From: an uncultured Acidobacteriota bacterium | Lineage (GTDB): Bacteria; Acidobacteriota; CAIWXX01 | Assembly: GCA_903916735.1 (NCBI GenBank) | Contig: CAIWXX010000120.1 | Coordinates: 1,374-65,373 of the forward strand | Reading direction: 5' to 3' | Length of the DNA stretch: 64,000 nucleotides | Shown: one piece after another, positions 36,578 through 48,195 of the stretch | How positions within the stretch are numbered: position 1 is the first letter of the stretch | Layout of the letters: every line of letters begins with the position of its first letter | Made by a program: the position numbers and the translations under genes | Notes under the pieces: generated by a model | What the model was told of the DNA's origin: nothing | Seen by the model: the letters and a program-made list of their open reading frames with translations, nothing else | Database searches by the model: none

Positions 36578-36961
36578 CTAAGAAATAAAGGCCATGGACT
36601 CCATCATGAACCGTGCTTCTTTTGGAAGGCGGCTGACCTCCACCGTCGAACGAGCCGGAGGTTCAGCGTTGAAATGGCGGCCATAAATTTCGTTCACGCG
36701 TGCGAAATCATCGATGGATGTGAGGAAGAGTGTCGTCTTGACGACATTGGATATGTCAGCTCCGGCGGCGGTCAGGATCGCTTTCACATTTTGAAGCACC
36801 TGTTCCACCTGCGCGTCGATGCCACCCTCGACGATCTTCCCCGTTGCCGGATCCAACCCGATCTGGCCTGACTGGAAAAGAAAATGACCTATGCGAATCG
36901 CTTGCGAGTAAGGCCCGATGGCCGCAGGTGCGGAGCCGGTCATTATTATTTCCTTTTTCAT
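36578..36961 (-). CDS. ridA: RidA/YjgF enamine deaminase
   Basis: APAAIGPYSQA, SGQI, VKTT, PARS, LPK; start moved to ATG after AAGGAGG. Confidence 0.93.
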   Translation of the reverse strand: MKKEIIMTGSAPAAIGPYSQAIRIGHFLFQSGQIGLDPATGKIVEGGIDAQVEQVLQNVKAILTAAGADISNVVKTTLFLTSIDDFARVNEIYGRHFNAEPPARSTVEVSRLPKEARFMMESMAFIS

Positions 36962-37202
36962 GAGGGCATCCTCCTTGGAGATGCTCTTCGCGGATTTTGG
37001 TTCAACATCGATCTGAATGATAACATCTCGATCTCTTATTAATTTGAAGCGCATTTTCCAACAACATTCTGGACGGCCAACACGACCGAGCTCTTCGAAA
37101 GAGCAGCCTATTACGAAATGGCTTCATTCGTTGTCATCTATCTTAAGGAAAGCCTTGGAATGAGGCCGGCCTTTGCGACTTTTCTCTACGGCTCGCTCCT
37201 GT

Positions 37203-37330
37203 TCGACCAGCGGTGGTTTCATAAAGCATTCCTGCATTCCTTTCTTCCTGGCTTCCTGAGAGGAATTCGCGATTATGCCCTGTCACAGGTCTTGCCATTT
37301 TGTGCACAGAGTTGACTGGTCAGATACTAA
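37203..37330 (-). mobile_element. MITE-like element, copy C (half copy starting at the ftsZ stop codon)
   Basis: Reverse complement TTAGTATCTGACCAGTCAACTCTGTGCACAA... matches the first half of copy A. Confidence 0.7.
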
Positions 37331-38499
37331 TCGGTTTTTCTCCGCAGGAATGTCGGCACGTCCAGGATATCCTCGGGGGTCATTGTGTAACCACCCTGAT
37401 AGAAGGAAGGATTCGGGGGCACGGGCGTGGAAATTCGAGGTGGAGTCACCGGGGGTCTCTGCGGCACTCCTGCCGGCTGCTTCGCAGCTTCGCGGCCTGC
37501 GGCCGGATGACGGTGCAGTTGACTCGAATGAAATCCGGTCGCGATCACCGTGATTTTCACTTCGTCCATCATGTTCTCATCATGGACATCGCCGAAAATA
37601 ATATTGGCACTTTCATCGGCGGCACTGGTTACAAGAGCCACGGCGTCATTCACTTCGTGAAGCGTGAGATCTTTTCCACCAGTCACATTGATGAGGATCC
37701 CTCGTGCTCCTTGAATGCTGGCTTCTTCCAGAAGCGGCGATGAAATGGCGTTTTGAGCTGCTTCAACAGCCCTGTTGTCGCCACGTGAAACGCCGGTCCC
37801 CATGAGCGCCAGGCCCATACCCTGAACCACCGCCTTGACGTCGGCGAAGTCGACATTGATGTAGCCCGGCACTGTAATGATATCGGAAATGCCTTGCACC
37901 GCTTGTCGAAGAACATCGTCCGCGATACGGAACGCTTCTGCGAGGCTGGTCGACCGATCGACCGTATGCAGCAAACGCTCGTTGTGGATCTCGATCGCGG
38001 TGTCGACGCATTCCCGAAGCTCAAGCAGCCCCTGTTCGGCCGCGGCCATTCTCTTCTTCCCTTCGAACCAGAAGGGCTTGGTGACGATGGCAACCGTGAG
38101 GGCGCCGATTTCCTGGGCGAGCTGAGCGATGACGGGAGCAGCTCCGGTGCCGGTGCCGCCGCCAAGCCCGGTCGTGATGAAGACCATGTCCGCCCCTTCA
38201 AGGGTTTCGAGAATTTTATCGGTATCCTCCAGCGCAGCCTGTTTGCCGATTTCCGGATTCGCTCCGGCACCCAGGCCCTTCGTCAGCTTTTCACCGAGCT
38301 GAAGCTTATGAGGGGCATCATTCGTCCGCAGAGCCTGCCAGTCGGTATTCGCGGCGATAAACTCGACGCCCACGATTTTGGCCCGGATCATCCGGTTAAT
38401 GGCATTTCCACCGGCGCCGCCGACACCGATCACCTTGATTCTCGCCCCCGGCCTTGTCTCTTCAGAAAACGTGAACAGTGGTCTGCTTGTATCGCTCAT
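37327..38499 (-). CDS. ftsZ: Cell division GTPase FtsZ
   Basis: [18 protein letters not shown] tubulin signature, INVDFADV, C-terminal DVPTFLR. Confidence 0.99.
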   Translation of the reverse strand: MSDTSRPLFTFSEETRPGARIKVIGVGGAGGNAINRMIRAKIVGVEFIAANTDWQALRTNDAPHKLQLGEKLTKGLGAGANPEIGKQAALEDTDKILETLEGADMVFITTGLGGGTGTGAAPVIAQLAQEIGALTVAIVTKPFWFEGKKRMAAAEQGLLELRECVDTAIEIHNERLLHTVDRSTSLAEAFRIADDVLRQAVQGISDIITVPGYINVDFADVKAVVQGMGLALMGTGVSRGDNRAVEAAQNAISSPLLEEASIQGARGILINVTGGKDLTLHEVNDAVALVTSAADESANIIFGDVHDENMMDEVKITVIATGFHSSQLHRHPAAGREAAKQPAGVPQRPPVTPPRISTPVPPNPSFYQGGYTMTPEDILDVPTFLRRKTD

Positions 38500-38512
38500 G
38501 CCTGCCCCCTTC

Positions 38513-39739
38513 TCAAATGAAGTCTCGTATCCAATGTGTCAACCTGCTGAATGTCGTGCCGCTTGCCCGGAGCCGGGCGCGGCTGTGATTATTTGCATGG
38601 CCATGGAGAACCAAGCCAACGGCCGTTGAATGAATTGGGCTGTTGATGACATCCACCAGCCCGCCGACACCTGTCGGCAGACCCCGGCGCACCGGCAGAT
38701 CAAAGATCTGCTCCGCGATTTCGGGCATTCCTTCCAGCAACGCGCCGCCCCCGGTAATGACAATCCCGGAGTTCAGAGATCTTTCATAGCCCGCATGCTT
38801 GATTTCATCGAAGACCAGATTGAAGGTTTCTTCGGCGCGCGGCTGGATGATTTCACAGAGGATCTGCCGCGACATGATCCGCGGCTTTCGCCCGCCCATG
38901 CTCGGTACCTCGATTGTCTCCTCGTCCTCCAGCATCGATGATAATGCACAGCCATATTTCTTTTTGATCTTCTCGGCTTCAGGGATCGGCGTCCGCAGCC
39001 CGACCGAGATATCATTCGTGAAGCTATCGCCGCCGATCGGAATAACCGATGTATAGCAGATGCTGCCCTTTTCGAAAATCGCCAGATCTGTTGTGCCGCC
39101 CCCGATGTCGATGAGCGCCACGCCGAGTTCCTTTTCATCAAATGTCAGGATGGCCTCGCTGCCGGCAATGCATTCAAGCACCATGTCCGTCACAGCCATT
39201 CCAGCCCTGTTGACGCATGTGATCAGGTTCTGAGTCGATGTGATCGAGCTTGTGACGATGTGCGCATTCACTTCAAGACGTGTCCCCGTCATCCCAACGG
39301 GATCGTGAATCCCATCCTGCTCATCCACAATGAACTCCTGTGGCAGGACGTGGAGAATCTCCCGATCGGGAGGAATGGCCACAGCCTTCGCCGCCTCGAT
39401 CACCCGCTGCACGTCCTCGCGAGTGATCTCGCGCCCTCTCCCGCCGACGGCAATGACGCCTCGGGAGTTGAACCCTTTGATATGGTTGCCTGCCACGCCG
39501 ACATAGGCGCTCTCAATCGCGACACCCGCCATCAATTCAGCCTCTTCAACGACCTTGCGGATGGATTCGATCGTGGCTTCCAGGTTCACCACAATCCCCC
39601 GACGCAAGCCCTTCGATTCGGTCATGCCGATGCCGATGATATCGAGATTTCCCGCTTCGTTGGCTTCCGCGATGATGGCACATGTCTTCCGGGTGCCGAT
39701 ATCCAATCCGACGATATAACTGTCTCTTCGCTTAGCCAC
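38513..39739 (-). CDS. ftsA: Cell division protein FtsA
   Basis: GLDIGT, DIGGGTT, TGGG motifs; position before ftsZ. Confidence 0.98.
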   Translation of the reverse strand: MAKRRDSYIVGLDIGTRKTCAIIAEANEAGNLDIIGIGMTESKGLRRGIVVNLEATIESIRKVVEEAELMAGVAIESAYVGVAGNHIKGFNSRGVIAVGGRGREITREDVQRVIEAAKAVAIPPDREILHVLPQEFIVDEQDGIHDPVGMTGTRLEVNAHIVTSSITSTQNLITCVNRAGMAVTDMVLECIAGSEAILTFDEKELGVALIDIGGGTTDLAIFEKGSICYTSVIPIGGDSFTNDISVGLRTPIPEAEKIKKKYGCALSSMLEDEETIEVPSMGGRKPRIMSRQILCEIIQPRAEETFNLVFDEIKHAGYERSLNSGIVITGGGALLEGMPEIAEQIFDLPVRRGLPTGVGGLVDVINSPIHSTAVGLVLHGHANNHSRARLRASGTTFSRLTHWIRDFI

Positions 39740-40619
39740 GAGTATTTCCCTCCCTCTCTGCCGAGTCTGCGCCGGACTCGGTTGTCATCGTACGGAACTG
39801 GCCCTTGACGTAAATCCTCGGCGCGAAACGCACGTCAATATAATCAATACGGCCAAATTGAGCCCGCACATCCTTTTCGATTCTCTTATAAAACTGCACC
39901 CGTTCGGCCAAACCGCGGTTACCGATAATGAGAGCCGGAGTGTCATTCTCGAAGATGATCCGAGCCGACTCACCATCGCAGTTGATCTCAGAAATACGTG
40001 ACGCAAGGGCTCGATCGCACTGAGTCACGGCATCCAGTGTCTGCAGTGCGATGGCCAGCATCATCGAGCTGTTCTCCGCATTAACACCGCTGATAAAAGG
40101 CAGATCGAATTCAGCGCCCGCGGCCGTGTACGGCGCCAGCCGAATGCCTTCGGAATCAATCAGCCATGGGATTCTGTCAATTTGAGCAATGGCTACTGGG
40201 ACTCTTTCAATGATATGCACTTCGATTGTGGTCGGCAAAATCCGGATGACATATGCATCTTTAACCCAGCCCTGCTCAAGCAGGTGGCGCCGCATGTTAG
40301 CGAGGTCGACGCAGAGGATGTTGCCGGGCCTGGCACCTCCGATAACCGCCATCAAGTCTTCGGTGGATGCATGATGAGCGCCGGTAATTTTTACTACAGT
40401 TGTAGAAAAATTATTAGGACTGATGATTTCGCGGCAGCCCATGATGATGCCGGCCCCGACGCACGCCAATGCACTCAGGAAAATGGCCAGCCGGAAAATT
40501 CTCTTCAGCCGATGCAGCCGGCGGCGGCGTTCAACCACTTCCCGGTTTTTCATCTGACGGTAGGCGATGTGCTCGTCAATTTCCGGCATCTGTTGTCGCT
40601 TGATGAGCTCCATGGTCAT
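39732..40619 (-). CDS. ftsQ: Cell division protein FtsQ/DivIB
   Basis: TM helix, POTRA region (WVKDAYVIRILPTTIEVHIIERVP), C-terminal YIDVRF. Confidence 0.9.
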   Translation of the reverse strand: MTMELIKRQQMPEIDEHIAYRQMKNREVVERRRRLHRLKRIFRLAIFLSALACVGAGIIMGCREIISPNNFSTTVVKITGAHHASTEDLMAVIGGARPGNILCVDLANMRRHLLEQGWVKDAYVIRILPTTIEVHIIERVPVAIAQIDRIPWLIDSEGIRLAPYTAAGAEFDLPFISGVNAENSSMMLAIALQTLDAVTQCDRALASRISEINCDGESARIIFENDTPALIIGNRGLAERVQFYKRIEKDVRAQFGRIDYIDVRFAPRIYVKGQFRTMTTESGADSAEREGNTRG

Positions 40620-42001
40620 CCCCCGATCCTCTTGAGGAGCTCAGGGCCGGCCTGTGTCACAGTGCCGGCGCCAAGGGTTAGTATCATGTCGCCGGGGCGA
40701 GCCATGCCGGCTAGAAGATCCACGGCCGATCCGATATCCGGCCGGTAGTGCACATGGCCATGGCCGGAGCGCCGGATTCCGTCAGCGAGTTTCTCGCCGG
40801 TCACGCCTTCAATCGGCTCCTCGCCGGCCGGGTAGATGTCGGTCACGATCAGCACATCAGCCTGATGGAAGGCGGTGCTGAATTGATCATGGAGGAGTTG
40901 AGTCCGTGTATATCGGTGCGGTTGGAAGAGCACGACCAGCCGGCGGTCCGGCCAGCCGGCGCGAGCCGCTTCCAGCGTCGCTTTCACTTCGGTCGGGTGA
41001 TGCCCGTAATCATCGATGACGGTCATGCCATTCGCTTCACCCTTGATCTGGAAGCGCCGATCCGCCCCCTGAAAACCTTCAACGGCAGCAATAATCTCCT
41101 TCCACTCCATGCCCATATCGCGAGCAACGGCGATAGCAGCGACGGAGTTAAAGGCGTTGTGAGTGCCGGGAACCGAGAGATGGACCGGCCCGAGAGATTG
41201 CCCATGCCAGCTCACGTTGTAGGTCGTCGACCGGCCCTCCTGGCGGATCGATCCGAGAGCATAGTCAGCCTGTATCCCGGCGCCATAGGTGATGACGCGG
41301 CGGGTCAATCGGTTCATGATCGCCTGCACACCCGGATCATCGATGCAAACAATCGCCGCCCCGTAAAACGGAATCTTGTTGAGGAACTGGACAAAGGCGT
41401 CGTGCAAGCCATCGATCGTATGGTAATGTTCCATGTGTTCGAAATCGATATTCGTCACAATTGCCAGGGTTGGGGAGAGAAGCAGGAATGAGCTGTCGGA
41501 CTCATCGGCCTCGGCCACAAAGAATTCGCTCTGTCCGAGCTTCGCGTTGCTGCCGTACGCATTGAGGCGCCCGCCGATGACAACCGTCGGGTCGAAGCCG
41601 CCCTGTTCAAGGATCGTGGCGATCATGGATGTCGTGGATGTCTTGCCGTGCGACCCCGCGACGGCGATCCCATGCTTCATCCGCATCAATTCGGCCAGCA
41701 TCTCAGCCCGCGAGATCACCGGCACCTTCAACCGGGATGCTTCCTGGACTTCGGGATTATCAAGCCCAACGGCCGATGAAATGACGACCACTTCAGCGCC
41801 GTGTACATTCCCAGCGGAGTGCCCTTCGGTGATTCGAGCGCCCAGTTTTTCCAGGCGATCTGTGACGGCGCTCTTCTTCAAATCCGATCCCGTGACACGA
41901 TATTTCAAGGTGAGCAGCACCTCAGCGATTCCGCACATGCCGCTCCCGCCGATGCCCACCATGTGGATCTGCTGGATTTTCGTAAAGCTCTTTTTATACA
42001 C
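40616..42001 (-). CDS. murC: UDP-N-acetylmuramate--L-alanine ligase
   Basis: GIGGSGM, GSHGKTST, EADESD, DDYGHHPTE, FQPHRYTRT; start reassigned to GTG at 42001 after GGAGG. Confidence 0.97.
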   Translation of the reverse strand: MYKKSFTKIQQIHMVGIGGSGMCGIAEVLLTLKYRVTGSDLKKSAVTDRLEKLGARITEGHSAGNVHGAEVVVISSAVGLDNPEVQEASRLKVPVISRAEMLAELMRMKHGIAVAGSHGKTSTTSMIATILEQGGFDPTVVIGGRLNAYGSNAKLGQSEFFVAEADESDSSFLLLSPTLAIVTNIDFEHMEHYHTIDGLHDAFVQFLNKIPFYGAAIVCIDDPGVQAIMNRLTRRVITYGAGIQADYALGSIRQEGRSTTYNVSWHGQSLGPVHLSVPGTHNAFNSVAAIAVARDMGMEWKEIIAAVEGFQGADRRFQIKGEANGMTVIDDYGHHPTEVKATLEAARAGWPDRRLVVLFQPHRYTRTQLLHDQFSTAFHQADVLIVTDIYPAGEEPIEGVTGEKLADGIRRSGHGHVHYRPDIGSAVDLLAGMARPGDMILTLGAGTVTQAGPELLKRIGG

Positions 42002-43124
42002 GGCCGACCTCCGTGCGATCCTCGCGGCCCATGAGCTCCACGGCAATCGCCGCGACGTCGGACGATGAACGGGGATTTGCCATGTCATGCGCAGCGCGAG
42101 ACATCGCCAGGCGCTTTTCGGGTGACGCCGCGAGTTCCAGAATGCAATCAACCAGCTTCCCTGACACAAGTTCAGACTCGGTCACGACGGCGGCCGCTCC
42201 GGCTCGTTCCATCGCCCGTGCATTGATCTCCTGGTGATTATCGGCTGCCGCGCCAAAGGGGACAAGAATCGACGGTTTCCCAGCGGCGGCGATTTCGGCG
42301 ATGGTCGATGCGCCGGCGCGGCAGACGATGATGTCGGCACAAGAGAAGGCGTTGGCCATTCCGTCGATAAAAATCGAGACGGCGGCGCCACTCCGCGACG
42401 CCTCATGCGCAGAGCGCACGCCTTCGAAATCGCGACTCCCGGTCTGATGGATCATAGTGATGCGGCCGACGAGCTTCGGCAGCGCATCCACAATCGCTTG
42501 ATTCAGCACCGACGACCCTTGGCTCCCGCCGAAAACCAGCACGGCCAATGGATCATGTTCTTCATGTGCCACACCGAAGAAATCGGGCCGCACCGGATGG
42601 CCGACATAGATGCCTTTCTTCCCGAATAACCCGACTGATTCCTTGAAAGAGCAGGCGACACATTCGACAAAGGGCGCCAGCCAGCGGGTCGTGAGGCCCG
42701 GACGAAGGTTGACTTCCATGATCAGCGTCGGCGTCGTCAGGGCGGCTGCAAGCACGAACGGCCCGGAAACATAGCCACCGCCACCGATGACGAGAGCCGG
42801 GCGGAGCCGGCGAATAAGACGTATGGAGTGGACAATCGCCGGAAGAAGAGCAGCAAGAGCGCCACATTTATAGATAATGGATTTTCCTTTGAGTGGGCGC
42901 ACGCGAAGTTCGATCAGCCCGTATCCGGCCTTCTCGATGATGTGGCGTTCGACATCGCGTCCCGTCCCGACAAATTGGATTCGCACTCCGCTCATTGCCT
43001 TCCGGATCGCATCGGCGACAGACATGGCCGGAAAAAGATGCCCTCCTGTTCCGCCGGCAGCGATCAGAACAAGCTTTTCATGGCTGCCGGTGCCGGGAGT
43101 CTCACGAACGGCCTGTTGACTCAT
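41994..43124 (-). CDS. murG: Lipid II GlcNAc transferase
   Basis: GGTGGH, GGYVS, GGSQGS, RAGAST, HQEINA. Confidence 0.97.
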   Translation of the reverse strand: MSQQAVRETPGTGSHEKLVLIAAGGTGGHLFPAMSVADAIRKAMSGVRIQFVGTGRDVERHIIEKAGYGLIELRVRPLKGKSIIYKCGALAALLPAIVHSIRLIRRLRPALVIGGGGYVSGPFVLAAALTTPTLIMEVNLRPGLTTRWLAPFVECVACSFKESVGLFGKKGIYVGHPVRPDFFGVAHEEHDPLAVLVFGGSQGSSVLNQAIVDALPKLVGRITMIHQTGSRDFEGVRSAHEASRSGAAVSIFIDGMANAFSCADIIVCRAGASTIAEIAAAGKPSILVPFGAAADNHQEINARAMERAGAAAVVTESELVSGKLVDCILELAASPEKRLAMSRAAHDMANPRSSSDVAAIAVELMGREDRTEVGRV

Positions 43125-44212
43125 GCGCTATGTTGCGAAATGTTGAGGAGGATCCCGACCCCGAGCATATTCGTCAGGAGCGAAGAACCACCAAAACTGA
43201 AGAAAGGAAGTGGGATCCCCTTCGTCGGCAGGAGTCCCAAGACAACCGATATGTTGATAAGCCCCTGGCAGACGATGAGAGACGTGATGCCGGCGGCCAG
43301 GAGAGACCCATGAAAATCCGGAGCGCGAACCGATGCCCGCATCCCCCGCCAAAAGACCAGGAGAAAGAGAGAGACGACGCCGAGGCACCCCAGCAAGCCC
43401 AGTTCTTCACCGACAACGGCGTAGATGAAGTCGGTATAGGCATAGGGCAGATAGTAGAGTTTCTGAGTGGATTCACCAAGTCCGCCCCCGAGAATCCCGC
43501 CTTTGCCGACGGCGATCAGCGATTGAAGAATCTGGAAGCCGCTCCCAAGCGGATCCGCCTCGGGGTGGAGAAACGCCAGTAGCCGCTCTTTGCGATAGCC
43601 CGCGCGGAATAAAAGCGCTGCCGCGAACGGCATCATTGCCATGGCGCCTCCAACCAGATACCGAATCGGAATGCCCGCGAGGAAGAGCATAATGCCCGCG
43701 ATGAAGGCCATTGTGACGGCGGCGCCGTAATCGGGTTCGAGGTAGATCAGAACGAAGAAAAGACCCGTCATGAAGAGGCATGGCAGAATCGTCATTTTGA
43801 AATCACCGATTCGACCACGCTTCTTGTCGAGTTGATAGGCCAGATAAAACATGAGTGCAAATTTCGCAAACTCCGACGGCTGTAAACTCGCGCCCATCCA
43901 GCGAATCCAACGGTGCGTATTATTGACCGCCGGCATCACCAGCACCAAGCAGAGAAGGATGAGAGCGATTCCCAGAGCGGAGTAAACAAACGCCGGCTTG
44001 CGGAAAAAGGCGTATGGCACATAGAGCAGGACACCGATGACCCCGAATCCGAGGATGGCCCAGACAACCTGCTTGATGAGAAAATAATATGGATTCTGGT
44101 ATTTCTCGATGGCCGTGATCGCCGAAGAACTGAAGATCATAACGAGGCCGAAGAAGACAAGCCCCAGGATCGCCAGAAAGAGCGGCTTGTCGGAAGAGAG
44201 TTTGCGTCCCAT
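43121..44212 (-). CDS. ftsW: SEDS peptidoglycan polymerase FtsW
   Basis: RWI, QPSEFAK, EPDYG, TDFI, PTKGIPLPFFSFGGS; start reassigned to MGRKLSSD. Confidence 0.96.
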   Translation of the reverse strand: MGRKLSSDKPLFLAILGLVFFGLVMIFSSSAITAIEKYQNPYYFLIKQVVWAILGFGVIGVLLYVPYAFFRKPAFVYSALGIALILLCLVLVMPAVNNTHRWIRWMGASLQPSEFAKFALMFYLAYQLDKKRGRIGDFKMTILPCLFMTGLFFVLIYLEPDYGAAVTMAFIAGIMLFLAGIPIRYLVGGAMAMMPFAAALLFRAGYRKERLLAFLHPEADPLGSGFQILQSLIAVGKGGILGGGLGESTQKLYYLPYAYTDFIYAVVGEELGLLGCLGVVSLFLLVFWRGMRASVRAPDFHGSLLAAGITSLIVCQGLINISVVLGLLPTKGIPLPFFSFGGSSLLTNMLGVGILLNISQHSA

Positions 44213-44213
44213 G

Positions 44214-45569
44214 TCAGCCGGCTCTCTTCTCAAGTCCCCGCACTGCCTGCATAAAAACGTCCCCGCGATGCTCGAAGTTGTGAAACATATCGAAGCTGGC
44301 GCAAGCGGGCGCGAGCAGCACTGTGTCACCGGCGGTGGCACGTTCGAATCCCGTCTCCACTGCCTTTTCCAGACTCCCGACCCGAGCCAGCGGGCACGCG
44401 CCCGTCAAGGCGGCTTCGATCTTGTCGGCCGCCTGGCCGATCAGGATCCCGAGTTTGACGTGGCTGGGGCAGAGATCACGGATGGGAGCATAGCTCCCGC
44501 CCTTATCCTTGCCGCCTAAGATGAGAATGAGATTCCCGGTGAAGCTCTCGATGGCCTTGATTGTTGCATCGACATTGGTGGCCTTGGAATCGTTATAAAA
44601 GTCGACACCTCGGATGGTCGCGACGAACTGCAATCGATGAGCAACGGCGCGGAACTCCTCGACGCTGCGTCGGATCGACTCGGATGGGATGCCGGCCAGA
44701 TGAGCCATGAGGGCTGCGGCCATGACGTTTTCGATGTTGTGGTCGCCTTTGAGAGGGATCCGAGCCAAAGGCATCAGGACACCGCTCCCATTCCGGCTGG
44801 ACAGCATCAGCCCATCGCCCTGCAGGAAGCAGCCCTCTTTGAGCTGCAGTTTGCGGCTGAACAGAAAGGTTCGCGATCGTGCTTCCTCATGCCTCAAAAG
44901 CGGGTCGTCGCCGTTCAGAACCAGAAAGTCATCGGTGGTTTGATTGCGATAGATGCGTCGCTTTGCATCGGCGTACGATTCGAAGGAATTGTAACGATCG
45001 AGATGGTCCGGAGTCAGATTGAGGATCGAGGCGATACACGGCCGAAAATGATCAATCGACTCCAACTGGAAGCTCGACATCTCGCAGACGAACCATGTGT
45101 CACGGCTGTCGTGGTCCATGAATGAGATGAGGGGTGTTCCGATGTTGCCCGCTATGACTGTCTTCAAACCGGCGTCCGAAAAAATGCGTCCTGTCAGAGC
45201 GGTTGTGGTGGTTTTGCCATTGGAGCCTGTGATCGCACAGACGCGCCCTTTCATCTCGTCAAAGGCGATTTCCATGTCGCCGAGTACGGGGATGCCCCTC
45301 GATTGGGCCTTCACAATCGCCGGCAGGGCCATGGGAACGCCGGGGCTGATGGCGATGAAATCGGCGCGAAGAAAGATCTCCTCCGGGTGCCCTCCGACCA
45401 CCGCCTCGGCGCCTATCGCTCCGGCTCGCGCGATCTCATCGGCGCACGCCGTCTCAGGCTTCATGTCGTTGAGAGTCACGTGTGCCCCACGCTTGATGAG
45501 GTACTCGGCGGTGGCGAGCCCTGTGCGCGCCATCCCGATGACCAGTACATTTTTTCCGGCATAGTTCAT
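44214..45569 (-). CDS. murD: UDP-MurNAc-L-Ala--D-Glu ligase
   Basis: TGSNGKTT, SSFQL, DHLDRY, NDSKATN, PACASFD. Confidence 0.97.
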   Translation of the reverse strand: MNYAGKNVLVIGMARTGLATAEYLIKRGAHVTLNDMKPETACADEIARAGAIGAEAVVGGHPEEIFLRADFIAISPGVPMALPAIVKAQSRGIPVLGDMEIAFDEMKGRVCAITGSNGKTTTTALTGRIFSDAGLKTVIAGNIGTPLISFMDHDSRDTWFVCEMSSFQLESIDHFRPCIASILNLTPDHLDRYNSFESYADAKRRIYRNQTTDDFLVLNGDDPLLRHEEARSRTFLFSRKLQLKEGCFLQGDGLMLSSRNGSGVLMPLARIPLKGDHNIENVMAAALMAHLAGIPSESIRRSVEEFRAVAHRLQFVATIRGVDFYNDSKATNVDATIKAIESFTGNLILILGGKDKGGSYAPIRDLCPSHVKLGILIGQAADKIEAALTGACPLARVGSLEKAVETGFERATAGDTVLLAPACASFDMFHNFEHRGDVFMQAVRGLEKRAG

Positions 45570-45585
45570 GCGAACCTCATCCTCC

Positions 45586-46671
45586 TCACCGCAGTTTCAG
45601 TGTGCTCAGGCTGAGCAGAGCGAAGATGATGGCCACAATCCAGAAGCGGACAACCACTTTGGGTTCTTTCCAACCGGCGAGTTCGAAATGATGGTGAAGA
45701 GGCGCCATCCGAAAGATGCGCTTCCCGGTCAACTTGAAAGATGCAACCTGCAGAATCACCGAGAGAGCCTCGATGACAAACAACCCTCCGACAGACAGCA
45801 ACAGAATCTCCTGCTTAATGAGAACCGCGACGGTGCCGATGGCGCCTCCGAGCGCCAATGATCCGACGTCACCCATGAACATCTCAGCAGGATGCGAGTT
45901 GAACCAGAGAAAGCCGAGGCTGGCGCCGACCATGCTGCCGCAAAAAATCGTCATTTCGCCGGCCTGCGAGATTTTAATGATGTTGAGATATTCCGAAAAT
46001 CGAGCGTGACCGGCGATATAGACGAGGACGGTATAGGCGGAGGAGGCGATCAGGAAGGCGCCGATCGCCAGGCCGTCGAGTCCGTCGGTAATATTGACGG
46101 CATTGGTAGAACTGACAACCACGATCACAATGAAAAGAAGATAGAGCCATCCCAGATCCGGCGTCCAATGTTTGAAAAAGGGCACACTCAGATGAGTATC
46201 AAACAAACCATATCGCCGAACAAAGAAAAGACAGAGACCGAGCACCAGGGCGACGAGCACCTGCGCCACGATTTTCTGCTTGCCGGTCCAGCCGAGAGAG
46301 CTCTTTTTTCGAAGTTTCGCGTAGTCATCCAGGAAGCCGATCGCTCCAAAGGCGACTAGCGAAAAAATGCACATCCACACATGAAGATTCGTGAGATCGG
46401 CCCAGAGGAGCGTCGGGATGAGGATCGATGCCAGGATCAGAACGCCGCCCATGGTCGGCGTGCCGGCTTTGCCCTGATGAGAGCTCGGGCCTTCCTCGCG
46501 GATCTGCTGGCCGATCTGGAACGTGCGGAGCTTTTTGATCAGCCACGGTCCCAGGAGAAAACTCAGGAAAAGCGCCGTCAGGGTCGCATAGGCCGTGCGG
46601 AAAGTTATGTACCGAAAGACGTTGAAAATCGTGGAATATTGATGGAGCGGAAAGAGAAGATGGTACAGCAT
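45586..46671 (-). CDS. mraY: Phospho-MurNAc-pentapeptide transferase
   Basis: [34 protein letters not shown]. Confidence 0.98.
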   Translation of the reverse strand: MLYHLLFPLHQYSTIFNVFRYITFRTAYATLTALFLSFLLGPWLIKKLRTFQIGQQIREEGPSSHQGKAGTPTMGGVLILASILIPTLLWADLTNLHVWMCIFSLVAFGAIGFLDDYAKLRKKSSLGWTGKQKIVAQVLVALVLGLCLFFVRRYGLFDTHLSVPFFKHWTPDLGWLYLLFIVIVVVSSTNAVNITDGLDGLAIGAFLIASSAYTVLVYIAGHARFSEYLNIIKISQAGEMTIFCGSMVGASLGFLWFNSHPAEMFMGDVGSLALGGAIGTVAVLIKQEILLLSVGGLFVIEALSVILQVASFKLTGKRIFRMAPLHHHFELAGWKEPKVVVRFWIVAIIFALLSLSTLKLR

Positions 46672-46793
46672 CTTAACGCCGTCCTGTCAACTCGTTCATA
46701 GGATTCACAGTCCGGGAGCCGTTGAAATCGGCGCACCGGGCTGAGGATGGGACAAGTGAAAAACAACTATGATAAGTGACTCGCCATCCTGCC

Positions 46794-48185
46794 TTAGACA
46801 TGATTCTCAGCTTCCTTGGCATCGGCGCGGATGATATCGATTGCCCGTTCCAGCGCCATACCACGGGAACCCTTGACGGCGAGCAGATCACCTCGAGCAA
46901 GATACCCGCGCAGAAAATTTCCAGCTTCATTCGCATCCCGAAAAGAATGAATATCGCCGGCAAATCCTTCACGTCTCGCCCCATCGGCGAAGAGAACAGC
47001 TTCCCGCCCGACAGTCACCAGCGACGAGATGCGGCCTTTTCCGATCATGTGCCCCATGTCGATGTGATAGGCCTTGCTTTTTTCGCCGAGCTCCAGCATG
47101 TCACCGGCCAGGAGGACCCGCCGCCCCTTGCACGGGAACGACTGCAGCGTTTCCAAAATCGCCTGCAACGCCCTGGGATTCGAGTTATAGGCATCGTTGA
47201 AGAGCCGGATTCCCCCCGGAAGTTTAATCAATTCTCCGCGGAGATTCGCAGGCCTGAGCCCTTTGATTCGGGTGAGGATATCCTTCATCGGCACACCCAG
47301 CCCGTCAGCGACGGCAACAGCCGCGAGGAGGTTGGAAAGGATATGCTTCCCGATGATGTGTGCCTTCACTTGATGACGGCGGCTCCCGCAAACAAGCGTG
47401 AATGCCATGCCTTTTTCACCGAGGATCCGAACGTTGGCGGCGCGATAGCGATTGCTTGTTCCAAAGCCGTACGTCAGGGTACGGCCGCGGAATCGCCTGG
47501 CGATTTTCAGCACCCAGGGGTCATCGCCATTGATGACGGCAAGGCCTTCGGGTGGAAGAGCTTCCAACAACTCGGCTTTCGCTTGCGCGACATTCCGGAT
47601 CGTCTTCAAGGTCTGCAGGTGAACAGGGCTGATGTTGGTCACGACTCCGACCAACGGCGAGGCGATCTGGCAGAGCCGGCGGATTTCGCCGAGTGTCGAC
47701 ATCCCCATTTCCAAAACGGCGAAGGCTTCGTTTCCCTTACAACGGATGAGGCTCAAGGGGAGACCGTACCGGTTGTTCAAATTGTCTTCGCTTTTAAGAA
47801 CCTTCTTTCCGAGAAGCGCCGCCGTGAAATCTTTGGTCGTTGTTTTGCCAGTCGTTCCGGTGATGCCGATGATCGTCATGGTATGCTTTTGACGAACCCA
47901 TCGAGCGAGTTCCTGCAAGGCGCGAGTCGTATCCTTCACCATGATGATCGATTCAAAAAGACGCAGGTCATCGAGATCACGGTGAGTGGCGATCCCGCAT
48001 GCGCCGTGCTCGCGCGCATCCCTCAGAAAGTCATGCCCGTCATGGAAAGAGCCCTTGATCGAGAAGAAGAAATCGCCGGGGGCGAGCGTACGGGTATCGA
48101 TGGAAATCGTCGGGAAAGCAGTCTCTGGTCTCCCGGAAAGAATGATCCCACCGGTTCCGGCACTGATGTCGCGTAGGGTTAGCAT
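46794..48185 (-). CDS. murF: UDP-MurNAc-tripeptide--D-Ala-D-Ala ligase
   Basis: DTR, GTTGKTTTK, LEMGM, DAYNSNP, GDMLELG, KGSRG. Confidence 0.97.
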   Translation of the reverse strand: MLTLRDISAGTGGIILSGRPETAFPTISIDTRTLAPGDFFFSIKGSFHDGHDFLRDAREHGACGIATHRDLDDLRLFESIIMVKDTTRALQELARWVRQKHTMTIIGITGTTGKTTTKDFTAALLGKKVLKSEDNLNNRYGLPLSLIRCKGNEAFAVLEMGMSTLGEIRRLCQIASPLVGVVTNISPVHLQTLKTIRNVAQAKAELLEALPPEGLAVINGDDPWVLKIARRFRGRTLTYGFGTSNRYRAANVRILGEKGMAFTLVCGSRRHQVKAHIIGKHILSNLLAAVAVADGLGVPMKDILTRIKGLRPANLRGELIKLPGGIRLFNDAYNSNPRALQAILETLQSFPCKGRRVLLAGDMLELGEKSKAYHIDMGHMIGKGRISSLVTVGREAVLFADGARREGFAGDIHSFRDANEAGNFLRGYLARGDLLAVKGSRGMALERAIDIIRADAKEAENHV

Positions 48186-48195
48186 TTCACTCTTT

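Noticed and set aside
46776-48176. 466-aa plus-strand ORF
   Set aside because: Antisense shadow of murF with no recognisable motifs.
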